64,000 nucleotides of DNA from an uncultured Alphaproteobacteria bacterium (lineage in GTDB: Bacteria; Pseudomonadota; Alphaproteobacteria; Rhizobiales; Xanthobacteraceae). The DNA lies in the NCBI GenBank assembly GCA_963741185.1, contig CAVUHE010000021.1:7225-71224 (forward strand), read 5' to 3'. The position numbers and the translations under genes were made by a program. Below the pieces are notes generated by a model, which saw only the letters and a list, made by a program, of their open reading frames with translations, ran no database searches and was not told the origin of the DNA. Shown one piece after another: positions 38,912 to 51,128 of this stretch. Every line of letters starts with the position of its first letter. Within the stretch, counting starts at the first letter, position 1.

Positions 38912-39442
38912 TCAAAACACCCGCCAAATCCATTCGGCGATCTGGGCGATCACGTCGCCGAACAACAGCAGCGCGGCCGACCAGACCAACGCGGACACGA
39001 AATTGGCGAACTGGAAACGCCAATAAGGCATCTCGAATATCCCGGCCGCAAGCGGCACGGAGGCGCGCAACGGTCCGAAAAATCGCCCGATGAAAATGCT
39101 CGGCACGCCCCAGGCTTTCACAAACGCCTCGCCGCGCGGCAGGATTTCCGGATAGCGCGACAATGGCCACATCTGCGCGACGTGTTCCTTGTATTTGAAA
39201 CCGAACCAATAGGAGACCCAGTCGCCGAGCGCCGCACCAATCCCGCCTGCGATCCAGACCGGCCAGAAGCTGATGCCGCTGACGCCGATCAGCGCGCCAA
39301 TCGCCACCAGCGCTCCCCACGCTGGAATCAGCAACGAGATGAAGGCGAGGGATTCGCCGAATGCGAGCAACAGGACGATCGGTGAAGCCCAGGCTTGATG
39401 GTCGCGCACGAAATCGGCCAGCGCGCGCGTGAAATCTTCCAT
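38912..39442 (-). CDS. DedA family membrane protein
   Basis: LLLAFGESLAFISLLIP...RF.GPLR pattern. Confidence 0.8.
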   Translation of the reverse strand: MEDFTRALADFVRDHQAWASPIVLLLAFGESLAFISLLIPAWGALVAIGALIGVSGISFWPVWIAGGIGAALGDWVSYWFGFKYKEHVAQMWPLSRYPEILPRGEAFVKAWGVPSIFIGRFFGPLRASVPLAAGIFEMPYWRFQFANFVSALVWSAALLLFGDVIAQIAEWIWRVF

Positions 39443-39708
39443 TCCAAAAAGCCCTTCCCGGCGATGATCCTGTTTAAGCCGGCCCGATCGGGAACATCAA
39501 GTCACAATGGCGGCGAGGTGCTTTGGGTCAACCGACGACGTTCTTAAAACCGTCGCCGCGCTCCGAACTTCTCAGGCTCGACCAAAATCCGCTCGTCGAG
39601 GAAGCGCTGCGCCTCCCTTCCCACTGCTGTCACTTTTTGAGCCCATCCGTGGCATAGTCAGGGAAACCGATTCGCCCCGCGCGGCCTGCGTGCAACACAT
39701 GAAAAAAT

Positions 39709-41766
<2,058 letters not shown>

Positions 41767-41984
41767 ACGGCTGTTTGACCGCCGGCGAACCGGATTCGAC
41801 ACGGAAGCATTGAATCCAAAGCATTTTTTGCACTTTTTGGGCGCCTTCGTCCTGCCGTTTTCCGGCGGGTGTGCCCCCCCGGCAACAGCTTTTTAGGCAG
41901 GATCGCGTATAAATCTCCTCAGATTCGGTGCATCTGCACTTGGGACGCGGTCGGGTCCGATCGTTTGAGGCTGAGGAATTGAAA

Positions 41985-42776
41985 ATGAAGAAACTGGTTC
42001 TGGCGCTGACGGCGATCGCAGCATTCAGCGGATCGGCTCTCGCAGCCGACCTCCCCGCGCGGACCTACAGCAAGGCGCCGATGATGGAGCCCATCCCGAG
42101 CTGGACCGGCTTCTACATCTTTGGCGGCGCAGGTGGCGGACTATGGGACGCTAACACAGGTGTTGTCGCCACGGGCACAGGCGCTTGCATCCTCTGCACC
42201 AATCAGAAGCAGGGTGGCGACGGCTGGTTCGGCACTGTCGGCGCCGGCTATGACTGGCAGTTCGGCGGCGATTGGGTCGCTGGCATTTTCGCCGACGGCC
42301 AGTGGGGCAGCATCAAGGGTTCGATCCAGGATCAGGGCTTAGGGGTCACTGGTTGGGAAAAGCAGAAGGACGCCTACGCCGTTGGTGTCCGGCTGGGTTA
42401 CCTGGTTGCACCGACGGTTTATTCCTACGTCAACGGCGGCTATAGCGGATCGCAGTGGTCGAGCACCACGCTTTTGGGTTCGGCCTCTGGTGTTGCCTCC
42501 GGCTTCCACACCAATTCTTTCAACTCAAACGGCTGGTTCGTCGGCGGTGGTGTTGAAAACAAGCTGGCGCTCTTCAGCTTCCTGGGACCCAACTGGTTCA
42601 TGAAGACCGAGTATCGTGCGGTCTACAACAACACCAAGACCATCAACGAGCTTGTCGATGGCACCAATGCGTTGGTTGGCCGCGACGTCACCTTCAAGCC
42701 GTTTACGCAGACCATCAGCACCTCGCTGGTCTATCGCTTCAACTGGACCGGCGCCCCGGTGGTCCCGAAGTACTAA
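41985..42776 (+). CDS. outer-membrane beta-barrel protein (Omp25/porin-like family)
   Basis: Signal peptide MKKLVLALTAIAAFSGSALA, alternating beta-strand pattern, and a C-terminal ...SLVYRFNW. Confidence 0.8.
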   Translation: MKKLVLALTAIAAFSGSALAADLPARTYSKAPMMEPIPSWTGFYIFGGAGGGLWDANTGVVATGTGACILCTNQKQGGDGWFGTVGAGYDWQFGGDWVAGIFADGQWGSIKGSIQDQGLGVTGWEKQKDAYAVGVRLGYLVAPTVYSYVNGGYSGSQWSSTTLLGSASGVASGFHTNSFNSNGWFVGGGVENKLALFSFLGPNWFMKTEYRAVYNNTKTINELVDGTNALVGRDVTFKPFTQTISTSLVYRFNWTGAPVVPKY

Positions 42777-42802
42777 ATCCTCGCCTCTCGTTTTGGCGGA
42801 CC

Positions 42803-42832
42803 AAAAGCCCCGGCATTGTCCGGGGCTTTTTT
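42803..42832 (+). terminator. rho-independent terminator
   Basis: AAAAGCCCCGG-CATTGT-CCGGGGCTTTT followed by TT. Confidence 0.75.
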
Positions 42833-43036
42833 ACATCTTGATCCCGCCGCGGCTCAACCACGCCACGTGAGCTACGCGCACTTCGCTTCAAACCTCGCTG
42901 GCATGGCTGGCATTCGCCGCGGCCGAAAGCTAGGCTTTCACCGTCGCGAAGGTTTCCGAGGCTTGCGGACGAACCATCAGTCGTCCCGAAATTGATCGCG
43001 GATCGAAAAAAGCAAACCGCCAACTGAGGAAAACCC

Positions 43037-43222
43037 ATGCGCACATTGCTCCTGATCGTCGGCTTCATCGCGCTCGCCATCGGCCTGCTCTGGATCGGTC
43101 AGGGCACCGGCATGATCACCTGGCCGGCATCGAGCTTCATGATCAGACAGATCCAGTGGGCTGGATATGGCTCGGCCCTTGCGGCCCTCGGCCTGGTGCT
43201 GATCTGGCAGAGCAAGCGATAG
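43037..43222 (+). CDS. small two-TM membrane protein
   Basis: MRTLLLIVGFIALAIGLLWIGQG...GSALAALGLVLIW. Confidence 0.55.
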   Translation: MRTLLLIVGFIALAIGLLWIGQGTGMITWPASSFMIRQIQWAGYGSALAALGLVLIWQSKR

Positions 43223-43225
43223 AGC

Positions 43226-43328
43226 GATTTCGAGCGAAGTGGAAACGGATTCGCGTGAAGAGAAAAAGCGTCAAAACAACAATCTAGAGCCTCGGCTCTG
43301 ATCCAATCAGAACCGAAGCTCTAAATTT
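43226..43328 (+). repeat. repeat R3, copy B
   Basis: GATTTCGAGCGAAGTGGAAACGGATTCGCGTGAAGAGAAAAAGCGTCAAAACAACAATCTAGAGCC followed by the hairpin TAGAGCCTCGGCTCTGA/TCAGAACCGAAGCTCTA. Confidence 0.55.
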
Positions 43329-43345
43329 CCAAGGAGGCTCTGACC

Positions 43346-44116
43346 GTGAAACCAGAACTCTTCGACCTCCGCGGCAAGGTTGCGATCGTCACCGGCGGCA
43401 ACGGCGGAATTGGCCTTGGCATGGCGCGCGGGCTTGCGGCCGCCGGCGCCGATATCGCGATCGTCGGCCGGAATGAGGCGAAGTCGATGGCGGCGGTCGC
43501 CGATCTCACGACAGATGGCACCAAGGCCGTATCCGTTGTCGCTGACGTTGCCAACGAGACCGAGGTGACGGCGATGATCGCGCGCGTCACCCGCGAGCTT
43601 GGCCGGATCGATATTCTCGTCAACAACGCCGGCATCAACATTCGCAAGCCACCCCACGCGCTCGAGATTGCAGAATGGGAGAGCGTGATCGCGACCAATC
43701 TTACCAGCGCGTTTCTGTGCTCGCGGGCGGTCCATCCGGTCATGAAGGAAGGTCGCGGCGGCAAGATCATCAATATCGGTTCGATGATGTCGATCTTCGG
43801 CGCCAGCTTTGCGCCGGCCTATGCCGCGAGCAAAGGCGGAATCGTGCAGTTCACCCGCTCCTGCGCCGTTGCCTGGGCCGCCGACAATATCCAGGTCAAC
43901 GCGGTGCTGCCGGGATGGATCGATACCGATCTGACAAGACGCGCACGTGAGGAGGTCGCGGGCCTTCACGACAAGGTACTGGCCCGCACACCTGCGGCAC
44001 GCTGGGGTGCAGTGGCCGACTTCGCCGGTATTGCGGCATTTCTCGCTTCAAACGCATCGGACTTCGTGACCGGCGCGGCTATTCCCGTCGACGGCGGGTT
44101 TTCGATCATGGGTTAG
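43346..44116 (+). CDS. SDR-family oxidoreductase
   Basis: TGGNGGIGLG, NNAG and YAASKGG. The GTG start has a GGAGG SD. Confidence 0.85.
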   Translation: MKPELFDLRGKVAIVTGGNGGIGLGMARGLAAAGADIAIVGRNEAKSMAAVADLTTDGTKAVSVVADVANETEVTAMIARVTRELGRIDILVNNAGINIRKPPHALEIAEWESVIATNLTSAFLCSRAVHPVMKEGRGGKIINIGSMMSIFGASFAPAYAASKGGIVQFTRSCAVAWAADNIQVNAVLPGWIDTDLTRRAREEVAGLHDKVLARTPAARWGAVADFAGIAAFLASNASDFVTGAAIPVDGGFSIMG

Positions 44117-44146
44117 GTGCGGCCGGCCGGAAGTTCGCCCGCTCCT

Positions 44147-44167
44147 GAAAAAAGCCGGCGATGCCGG
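44147..44167 (-). terminator. possible short terminator after the monooxygenase gene
   Basis: CCGGC-ATC-GCCGG with a minus-strand tail CTTTTTTCAGG. Confidence 0.4.
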
Positions 44168-44186
44168 GGCTCTTGAGTTACGCGCG

Positions 44187-45443
44187 TCAGGGAGAGGAAA
44201 TCGGCGAGTGCACATGCTCCGGGCGCACGCCGAGAGCAACAAATCGCGCAGTGACACCCTGCAGCCAAGGCAGCGCGTTGACCAGGCGAGCAAACATCGG
44301 GACCCGAAGCCGCTGATTTCCAGGCTTGATCGCGGCGCTGATGATCTTGTCCTGAACGACCACCTGCATGGCCTGCGTCATGCGCACCGGGAACTCGCGG
44401 CGACGGCGCACGGCGTCGAGTTCGTTTTCAGGCGGGCAGCCGCGCGATAGTCCCGCGGCCAACAGGTTCGCGGTCGCGACCGCGTCCTGGATTGCCAGGT
44501 TGACGCCCACGCCCCCGACCGGCGACATCGCATGCGCTGCGTCTCCGATACAGAGCAGCCCAGGCCGCGTCCAGCGCTTCAATCTGTTGATCACCACCGT
44601 CAACAGCTTCACGTCATCCCAGGTCTTCACGTCCGAAATTCCAAAGATCAGGATCGGCGCCATGCCGATCACGTCGTTGCGAAATGCCTCCAGCCCGCGC
44701 GCCCTCACTGAATCATATTGCCCCTTGGGAATCACATAGGCGCATTGCCAGTACTCTCCGCGATCGAAGGTGACGAGCATTTTGCCGGCCTGGAGCCGCG
44801 CAAACAGGCTCTCATTTTCGGATCCGCCCCTGCCGGCACGAAACCAGAGCACATCCATCGGCGCGCCGATGTCCTCGACCTCAAGCCCGGCGCTCTGGCG
44901 CACGGTCGAGTGTCTGCCGTCACATCCGATCGTCAGTTCCGCGCTGATTGCCACCGGCCCTTCCGGCGTGTCGGCGTTGACGCCGACCACCTCTTGGCCC
45001 GACCAGATCAGATCGGTCGCATTGGCATTCATCATCACCTTGAGCGACGCGAATTTCCTGCCGCTCTCGCGAAGGAAATTGAGAAAATCCCATTGCGGCA
45101 TGAAGGCGACAAAGGGGTATTTGACCTTGAGCCGGCTGAGATCGGCAATGCGAATGGACTCGTCGCCGAATTTGCCCTCCATTTTTTGCAGTTGCTGATG
45201 CGGAAGCTTCAGGAATCCGTCGATCAGTCCCAATTCGTCCAACACCTGCAATGTCGAGGGATGCACCGTATCGCCGCGAAAATCCCGAAAGAAATCCGCA
45301 TGCTTTTCCAGCACCAGCGTCTCGACGCCCGCGCGCCCCAAAAGGTATCCGAGCATCATGCCGGCCGGACCACCGCCGACGATGCAGCACCTTGTATGGA
45401 TGGCGCGCCGGGCCGATTTCGCCCCGGAAGTCCCTGCGTCCAT
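44187..45443 (-). CDS. FAD-dependent monooxygenase/oxidoreductase
   Basis: IVGGGPAGMMLG dinucleotide fold, DRHSTVR-type and GDAAHAMSPVGG motifs. Confidence 0.85.
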   Translation of the reverse strand: MDAGTSGAKSARRAIHTRCCIVGGGPAGMMLGYLLGRAGVETLVLEKHADFFRDFRGDTVHPSTLQVLDELGLIDGFLKLPHQQLQKMEGKFGDESIRIADLSRLKVKYPFVAFMPQWDFLNFLRESGRKFASLKVMMNANATDLIWSGQEVVGVNADTPEGPVAISAELTIGCDGRHSTVRQSAGLEVEDIGAPMDVLWFRAGRGGSENESLFARLQAGKMLVTFDRGEYWQCAYVIPKGQYDSVRARGLEAFRNDVIGMAPILIFGISDVKTWDDVKLLTVVINRLKRWTRPGLLCIGDAAHAMSPVGGVGVNLAIQDAVATANLLAAGLSRGCPPENELDAVRRRREFPVRMTQAMQVVVQDKIISAAIKPGNQRLRVPMFARLVNALPWLQGVTARFVALGVRPEHVHSPISSP

Positions 45444-45465
45444 GATTCGGCTCTCGTCGTGATGT

Positions 45466-46971
45466 TCAGCGGCGGAAACTCTTGATCTCCGACACGCTGC
45501 CGTCGCGATAGGTCAATTCCACCGACACGAATTGGTTCGATGGCGAAAGCTTCAGATAGGGCTTGGCGTCGTAGGGAATGACGCTGGGATCCCTCATGTC
45601 GCAGGGCGGCATCGGTAGCACCCGATCCGGCACCGCCGTGTCGATGCCGATACGCACCTCGCGGATCGCGCAACGATACGACATCAGGTGGGTGTAATAG
45701 ATCAGGAGCCCGTTGAACTCGCGAAACGACAGCCAACTGGTTGCGGTCATGTCGAGGATTTTTCGTTGATCGTGAATCAACGCTGCTTCGGGGTCGAATT
45801 TGATCGGAAACGGCCCCTGCATGTTGCCCGAGGTGTCGACATAACGGACCTGAATGGTCGCAGCCTGCGCGTCGGCAGCAAGCTCGACCGACGGATTGGG
45901 CATCCGCTTTCGCGTTCGCGGATCAAGTGAATCGAGGAATCCGGTTTCGCGGAACTCGCCGGCATCTCCCATCCGCCACGAAATTCCAAGCGTCGGATCG
46001 GCGATCGAAAACACCACGGTCCAGCCGCCATTGTGGCGCGAGAACATCGCGATCGGCGCATTGATCGAATCTTCCTTCGGCAGGCGCGGCACGGCGACCG
46101 GCGGCAGTGCTGCGACCTTCTGCGGCGGCTCGGCCGGCTTCGTCGTCTCCTTCGCGGCGTCGGCCTGCGCCTTCGCAATGCCGTTCAGGAACACGTCGTC
46201 GACCATCTGGTCGAAATATACCGGGATCTGCTTGTGGCTTACCGTCTCCGCCATCTCGCTGACGATGCGGCGGGTGCGCTGCGCAACCTGAACGAGGTTT
46301 TGGCCGGGTTGCAGCAATTCCTTGGCGAAGGTTCGCGTAAACACTGAATTCGGATTGTCGTCATTATTCGACAGCCGGTCGAGCGCAGTCTGGCGGGGCC
46401 CTGCGGAAAACACCGAGAACACGCCCTCAGGCAATTGGGTCATCGGCGCAAGACCTCCGCCGCCGGCGACAGCGCGCGTTCCGGCACGCTCGAACGGATT
46501 GTTGCGGCAGGCATCGAATACGAGGATCGCCGTGCGCGCCTTCTTGTTCTGCAACCGCTCGATGACGCGGTCCGCCAGAACCGAGGCGTCGCGCACCAGT
46601 TCTTCCTGGCCTTCGGTGGCGGCAGGCACGTCGGTCGGCAGCAGGAAATTCTGTCCCGCGATTTCAAAACCGTGGCCGGCATAGAAGAAGAACGCGGTAT
46701 CGCCGGCTTCGACCGACTTGTCGAAGGCAAGCAAGGTTTCGCTGAATGCCTGCCGCGTCTGGTTCTCGGCCACCATCACCGAAAAGCCGAGCTGCTTGAG
46801 GGTCTCGCCCATGGTGCGGGCGTCGTTGACCGCCTTCTGCAGTTTCGGAACGTTCTTGTAGTCATTGTTGCCGATAACCAGCGCCACGCGCTTTTCGGCG
46901 TGCGCGGGTTCGGCGAGGGCGAGCAGCATGAGACCGAGCGCCAGTGCCCTGAATGACAGCCAGGTCTTCAT
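45466..46971 (-). CDS. secreted caspase-family (peptidase C14) protein with an unassigned C-terminal half
   Basis: Signal peptide MKTWLSFRALALGLMLLALAEPAHA. The catalytic His and Cys are in FFYAGHGFE and LVFDACRNNPF. Confidence 0.8.
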   Translation of the reverse strand: MKTWLSFRALALGLMLLALAEPAHAEKRVALVIGNNDYKNVPKLQKAVNDARTMGETLKQLGFSVMVAENQTRQAFSETLLAFDKSVEAGDTAFFFYAGHGFEIAGQNFLLPTDVPAATEGQEELVRDASVLADRVIERLQNKKARTAILVFDACRNNPFERAGTRAVAGGGGLAPMTQLPEGVFSVFSAGPRQTALDRLSNNDDNPNSVFTRTFAKELLQPGQNLVQVAQRTRRIVSEMAETVSHKQIPVYFDQMVDDVFLNGIAKAQADAAKETTKPAEPPQKVAALPPVAVPRLPKEDSINAPIAMFSRHNGGWTVVFSIADPTLGISWRMGDAGEFRETGFLDSLDPRTRKRMPNPSVELAADAQAATIQVRYVDTSGNMQGPFPIKFDPEAALIHDQRKILDMTATSWLSFREFNGLLIYYTHLMSYRCAIREVRIGIDTAVPDRVLPMPPCDMRDPSVIPYDAKPYLKLSPSNQFVSVELTYRDGSVSEIKSFRR

Positions 46972-47359
46972 CCGCGTTTCCCACATTGTCTCGACCTCAT
47001 CCGCAACTCGAGCTCCGCTTGCGCTTTAAGTCGGCAGCCCCAGACCGTCGGTTCAATCGGGCGTGGCGGCTACCCCAACAAGCCGGTTTCCGATCGGTGC
47101 CGCCGACAATAAAGCCAAGACAACTTCGCATTTGTGCAAAAACATTAAGCTTTTTCAACGCTTCCCGCGCCTGCTCCATTGACTTTGGCCAATTCGCCCC
47201 TATGTTCCGGCTGGACGCGGCCCGGTATCGAAACGCGATATCTTGATCAAGCCGCCTGTCTGCGTATCCGAAAATCCCGTGCAAATTTGCGCGCCGTTCC
47301 GGGGTTGAGCGCGACAGTCTTTTTCGAGATTCCAAGCGGCGGTATCCTCCAGAGGCTAA

Positions 47360-48802
47360 ATGTCTTTTTCCCATCTCGGCTTGTCCGAAAAGGTGCTCTC
47401 CGCCGTAGCGGCCACCGGTTACACGACCCCTACCCCCATTCAGGAACAGGCGATTCCCCACGTTCTGGCCCGCCGAGACGTCCTCGGCATCGCCCAGACC
47501 GGCACCGGCAAGACCGCCGCTTTCGTCCTTCCCATGCTCACGATCCTGGAGAAGGGCCGCGCCCGCGCCAGGATGCCACGAACGCTGATTCTCGAGCCGA
47601 CGCGCGAACTCGCCGCCCAGGTGAAGGAGAACTTCGATCGATACGGCGCCGGGCAGAAACTCAATGTCGCGCTCCTGATCGGCGGAGTCTCTTTCGGCGA
47701 CCAGGACACCAAATTGACCCGCGGCGTTGACGTGCTGATCGCAACGCCCGGCCGGCTGCTTGACCATACCGAACGCGGCGGGCTGCTGCTCACCGGCGTC
47801 GAACTGCTCGTCATCGACGAGGCCGATCGCATGCTCGACATGGGCTTCATTCCCGATATTGAACGCATCTGCAAGCTGGTGCCATTCACCCGCCAGACAC
47901 TGTTCTTCACTGCGACGATGCCCCCCGAAATCCGGCGCATCACCGAAACGTTCCTGCACAACCCCGAGAAAGTCGAAGTATCCCGGCCTGCGACGACCGC
48001 GGTCGGCGTATCCCAGTTCCAGATTGGCGTTGGCCGCGAGCCGCATGAAAAACGCGAGGTCCTGCGCCGGCTGTTGCGCGACGCCAAGGATCTCAACAAC
48101 GCGATTATCTTCTGCAATCGCAAGCGCGAAGTCGCCGTCCTTCACAAATCGCTGCAAAAGCATGGCTTTGCCGTCGGCGCCCTGCATGGCGACATGGATC
48201 AGTCGGCCCGCACCGCGGCACTCGATCAATTCCGCAAGGGTGAAATTCCGCTCTTGGTCGCCTCTGACGTCGCCGCCCGCGGGCTAGATATTCCCGCCGT
48301 CAGCCACATCTTCAATTTCGACGTCCCGCATCACGCCGACGACTATGTCCACCGCATTGGCCGCACGGGACGTGCGGGCCGCACCGGCACCGCAATTTCG
48401 ATCGTCACCCCGCTCGATCAGAAGTCGATGGCGGCAATCGAAAGGCTGATCGGACAAAGCATTCCGATCGCCGAAGGCGGCACGAACACCCCATCGGCCG
48501 AGCCCGTCGGCGCAGAGCCGCGGGCACGCGAGCGTTCGAGGGAAGGCGGAAAAGAGGGTTCACGTGGCGGCCGCAAGCCGCGGCGCGATCGCGAACCCCG
48601 GCGTGGTGGCGGAGGCCGCCCTTCGGCTCCGCAGCCGCAAGCCCCCGTCGCCGCATTCGCGCCCGCCGCCGCGCCAACGGCATCACGCGCTCCCTCGATC
48701 GGCCGGGCACCTTCGCCTCAGACCGAATCATCATCGGCGGAGCCTGCCGACCATTCACACCTCCCCGCTTTCCTGCTGCGACCGGTACGCGCCCGCGTCT
48801 GA
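47360..48802 (+). CDS. rhlE: DEAD-box ATP-dependent RNA helicase (RhlE-like) with an Arg/Gly/Pro-rich tail
   Basis: Q-motif, AQTGTGKT, DEAD, SAT and HRIGRTGRAG. Confidence 0.9.
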   Translation: MSFSHLGLSEKVLSAVAATGYTTPTPIQEQAIPHVLARRDVLGIAQTGTGKTAAFVLPMLTILEKGRARARMPRTLILEPTRELAAQVKENFDRYGAGQKLNVALLIGGVSFGDQDTKLTRGVDVLIATPGRLLDHTERGGLLLTGVELLVIDEADRMLDMGFIPDIERICKLVPFTRQTLFFTATMPPEIRRITETFLHNPEKVEVSRPATTAVGVSQFQIGVGREPHEKREVLRRLLRDAKDLNNAIIFCNRKREVAVLHKSLQKHGFAVGALHGDMDQSARTAALDQFRKGEIPLLVASDVAARGLDIPAVSHIFNFDVPHHADDYVHRIGRTGRAGRTGTAISIVTPLDQKSMAAIERLIGQSIPIAEGGTNTPSAEPVGAEPRARERSREGGKEGSRGGRKPRRDREPRRGGGGRPSAPQPQAPVAAFAPAAAPTASRAPSIGRAPSPQTESSSAEPADHSHLPAFLLRPVRARV

Positions 48803-48940
48803 CCAACGACATTTCGCAATGCCGAAGGGCGCCCGGCTGCGTTTACGGGTCGTTCATCAACCTCCGTTAGCTTGATCGCCATAATTTAGGTGATTGGCGC
48901 GGGAAGCGAGGGCTGCTGTCCGCCGCTTGGGGACGTGATA

Positions 48941-49999
48941 GTGCTCGACGAACATGAACGCACAATGGCCTTCGCTGAACTCGCGTTGGGCCAGATCAGA
49001 TCGTTGCGGCAAACCGCCGTCCCCCGCAATTATGAAATCTGGTACGTCTACGCCACCGGTTACAATTCGCCTCTCAACAAGATCATCAACGAGACGCTGG
49101 CGCGCAACGGCAAGCTGACCGAGGCTGATCTCGAGCAGATCTACGAAACCTATCTCTCCCACATCAAGACCACCGACCGCATCGACAAGGTCGGCGCGCG
49201 CGTGATCGGCGAAATCGATGACGTGATGCGTCTGATCAGCGACGCGCTCGGAATGTCGGCAAGCTACGACGCCAGCCTGTCGGGCGCGACCGAGAAACTC
49301 TCCACTGCGGAGACCCGCGACCAGGTCAAATCGGTCGTCGATACGCTGGTAAAATCGACCCGCGACATGCGCGATACCAACAAGGCGCTGGAAGAGCGGC
49401 TGACGCTGTCGAGATCGGAAATCAGCAACCTTCAGCAGAGCCTCGAGGCCATCAGAGCGGAAAGCCTGACCGATCCCCTCACCGGCCTCGGCAACCGCAA
49501 ATATTTCGACCGCTCGATCGAAATGGCGGTCCAGAATGCATTGGCAAGCGGCGAGCCGCTTTCCTTGTTGATGTTCGATATCGACCATTTCAAATCGTTC
49601 AACGACTCCTACGGCCACCTGACGGGCGACCAGGTACTGCGGCTGGTCGGCATGTCGCTGAAGCAGACCATCAAGGGGCAGGACATCACCGCCCGCTACG
49701 GCGGCGAGGAATTCGCAGTCGTGCTGCCGACCACCGCGCTCCGTCAGGCGCTGACGGTCGCCGATCACATCCGGCGCGCCGTGATGTCGAAGGAATTGAA
49801 GAAAAAGTCGACCGGCGAGATTCTTGGCCGCGTCACCATCTCGGTCGGAGTGTCGATGCTCAAGCCAGGCGACGATACCGATTCGCTGATCGAGCGCGCG
49901 GATGCATGTCTATACGCCGCCAAGCGTGCGGGACGTAACCGCGTGGTCTGCGAGGCCGACCCCGAATACGTCGCCGAGACCCAGAGCCAAGTCGCCTAA
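48941..49999 (+). CDS. diguanylate cyclase (GGDEF domain)
   Basis: RYGGEEFAVV active site, with RxxD-like I-site context upstream. Start uncertain (48890, 48935 or 48941). Confidence 0.8.
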   Translation: MLDEHERTMAFAELALGQIRSLRQTAVPRNYEIWYVYATGYNSPLNKIINETLARNGKLTEADLEQIYETYLSHIKTTDRIDKVGARVIGEIDDVMRLISDALGMSASYDASLSGATEKLSTAETRDQVKSVVDTLVKSTRDMRDTNKALEERLTLSRSEISNLQQSLEAIRAESLTDPLTGLGNRKYFDRSIEMAVQNALASGEPLSLLMFDIDHFKSFNDSYGHLTGDQVLRLVGMSLKQTIKGQDITARYGGEEFAVVLPTTALRQALTVADHIRRAVMSKELKKKSTGEILGRVTISVGVSMLKPGDDTDSLIERADACLYAAKRAGRNRVVCEADPEYVAETQSQVA

Positions 50000-50025
50000 G
50001 ATTAAACTCGCCTGAGATCATACTC

Positions 50026-50493
50026 TTATGATGAGGACCTCGTCCTCGGAATCGTTTTCCGCGCGGCAGATTTCTTTCTCACGGCAGATTTCCTGACCAC
50101 CCGGGTTTCGGCCGCGGCCTTGTTTGCCCTCGCCTTGTTCACGCCCTTGCGCGCCTTTGGACGCTTGCGGAGCGCTGCGCGCTGCGCCGCCGCCAAGGCG
50201 GCCCTCGCCCAAGCAGCCAACTCCTCTGAATCATCGAAAAGCCGCGCTGGCAATTGCCAGTACGAGTTGACCGTGATCGTCCGCGCGGTCGTCCTCTGCT
50301 GATACTGGAACGGCCTTGATCCTTCGGCTTCGAATTTCGGGATGCTTTGCTCGTCGGCGCGGAAATAAAGACCGCCCCGCAGCGCTAGCGCAAAATTGAT
50401 TCCGTCGGCGGAGATGCCAAATCCGGAGAACATCCGGCGGATGGTCACCGGGCCGAAATCGGCGAACAGATCCGTCAGGAAATCCCGGTCCAT
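50026..50493 (-). CDS. TfoX N-terminal domain protein with a Lys/Arg-rich tail
   Basis: VTIRRMFSGFGISADGINFALA... Confidence 0.7.
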   Translation of the reverse strand: MDRDFLTDLFADFGPVTIRRMFSGFGISADGINFALALRGGLYFRADEQSIPKFEAEGSRPFQYQQRTTARTITVNSYWQLPARLFDDSEELAAWARAALAAAQRAALRKRPKARKGVNKARANKAAAETRVVRKSAVRKKSAARKTIPRTRSSS

Positions 50494-50523
50494 GGATCGT
50501 TACTCCGCCGACGATCCAAAGAT

Positions 50524-50625
50524 GTCATTCCGGGGTGATGCTAAGCATCGAACTACGATGTGCAATCGCACATCGGAGAATCTCGAGATTCCTGGTCTGG
50601 CGCTCCCGCACCAGCCCGGAATGAC
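50524..50625. repeat. MITE-like repeat R1, copy 3
   Basis: GTCATTCCGGGG...CCCGGAATGACG termini, with an internal GGAGAATCTCGAGATTCC palindrome. Confidence 0.7.
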
Positions 50626-50670
50626 GAAGTCTGAAGTTGTCGCTGACGTTTCTCGCAATGACAGCGATGC

Positions 50671-51075
50671 CTAGCCTTCGGCCTTCGCCGGCTTCAGCTG
50701 CACGGATTCGCCGCAGCCGCAGGCACCGACCTGATTTGGATTGTTGAAGATGAATTGGGCCTGCATCTTGTCGGCCTTGTAGTCCATCTCGGTGCCGAGC
50801 AGGAACAGCACCGCCTTCGGATCGACCAGGATCTTCACGCCCTTGTCCTCGACGACCTCGTCGGTGGGACGGACATCGTGGGCATATTCGACCGTATAGG
50901 ATTGCCCGGCGCAGCCGCCATTCTTGATGCCGACCCGAAGGCCCACGATCTCCGAATCGGCGCGCCGCGTCAGCTCGGCAACACGTTGCGCCGCGGCTTC
51001 CGTAAGCTTCATCACCTGCGGACGCGGGCGAGGCTTTGCCTTGGGTGTGGATGAGGCGGGTGTCATGTCAGTCAT
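50671..51075 (-). CDS. sufA: Fe-S cluster insertion protein (HesB/IscA/SufA family)
   Basis: GGCAGQSY...GACGCGESV. Last gene of the suf cluster. Confidence 0.85.
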   Translation of the reverse strand: MTDMTPASSTPKAKPRPRPQVMKLTEAAAQRVAELTRRADSEIVGLRVGIKNGGCAGQSYTVEYAHDVRPTDEVVEDKGVKILVDPKAVLFLLGTEMDYKADKMQAQFIFNNPNQVGACGCGESVQLKPAKAEG

Positions 51076-51128
51076 GTGGTCAATCCCACGGCCAATTCAA
51101 TGCCGGTTGTTCGTTGATGGAAAACGCT

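Noticed and set aside
38783-39385. 200-aa plus-strand ORF
   Set aside because: It is antisense to the DedA membrane-protein gene and has Arg/Pro-rich composition.
46997-48229. 410-aa minus-strand ORF
   Set aside because: It is entirely antisense to the well-supported DEAD-box helicase gene and has no recognisable motifs. Shadow ORF.
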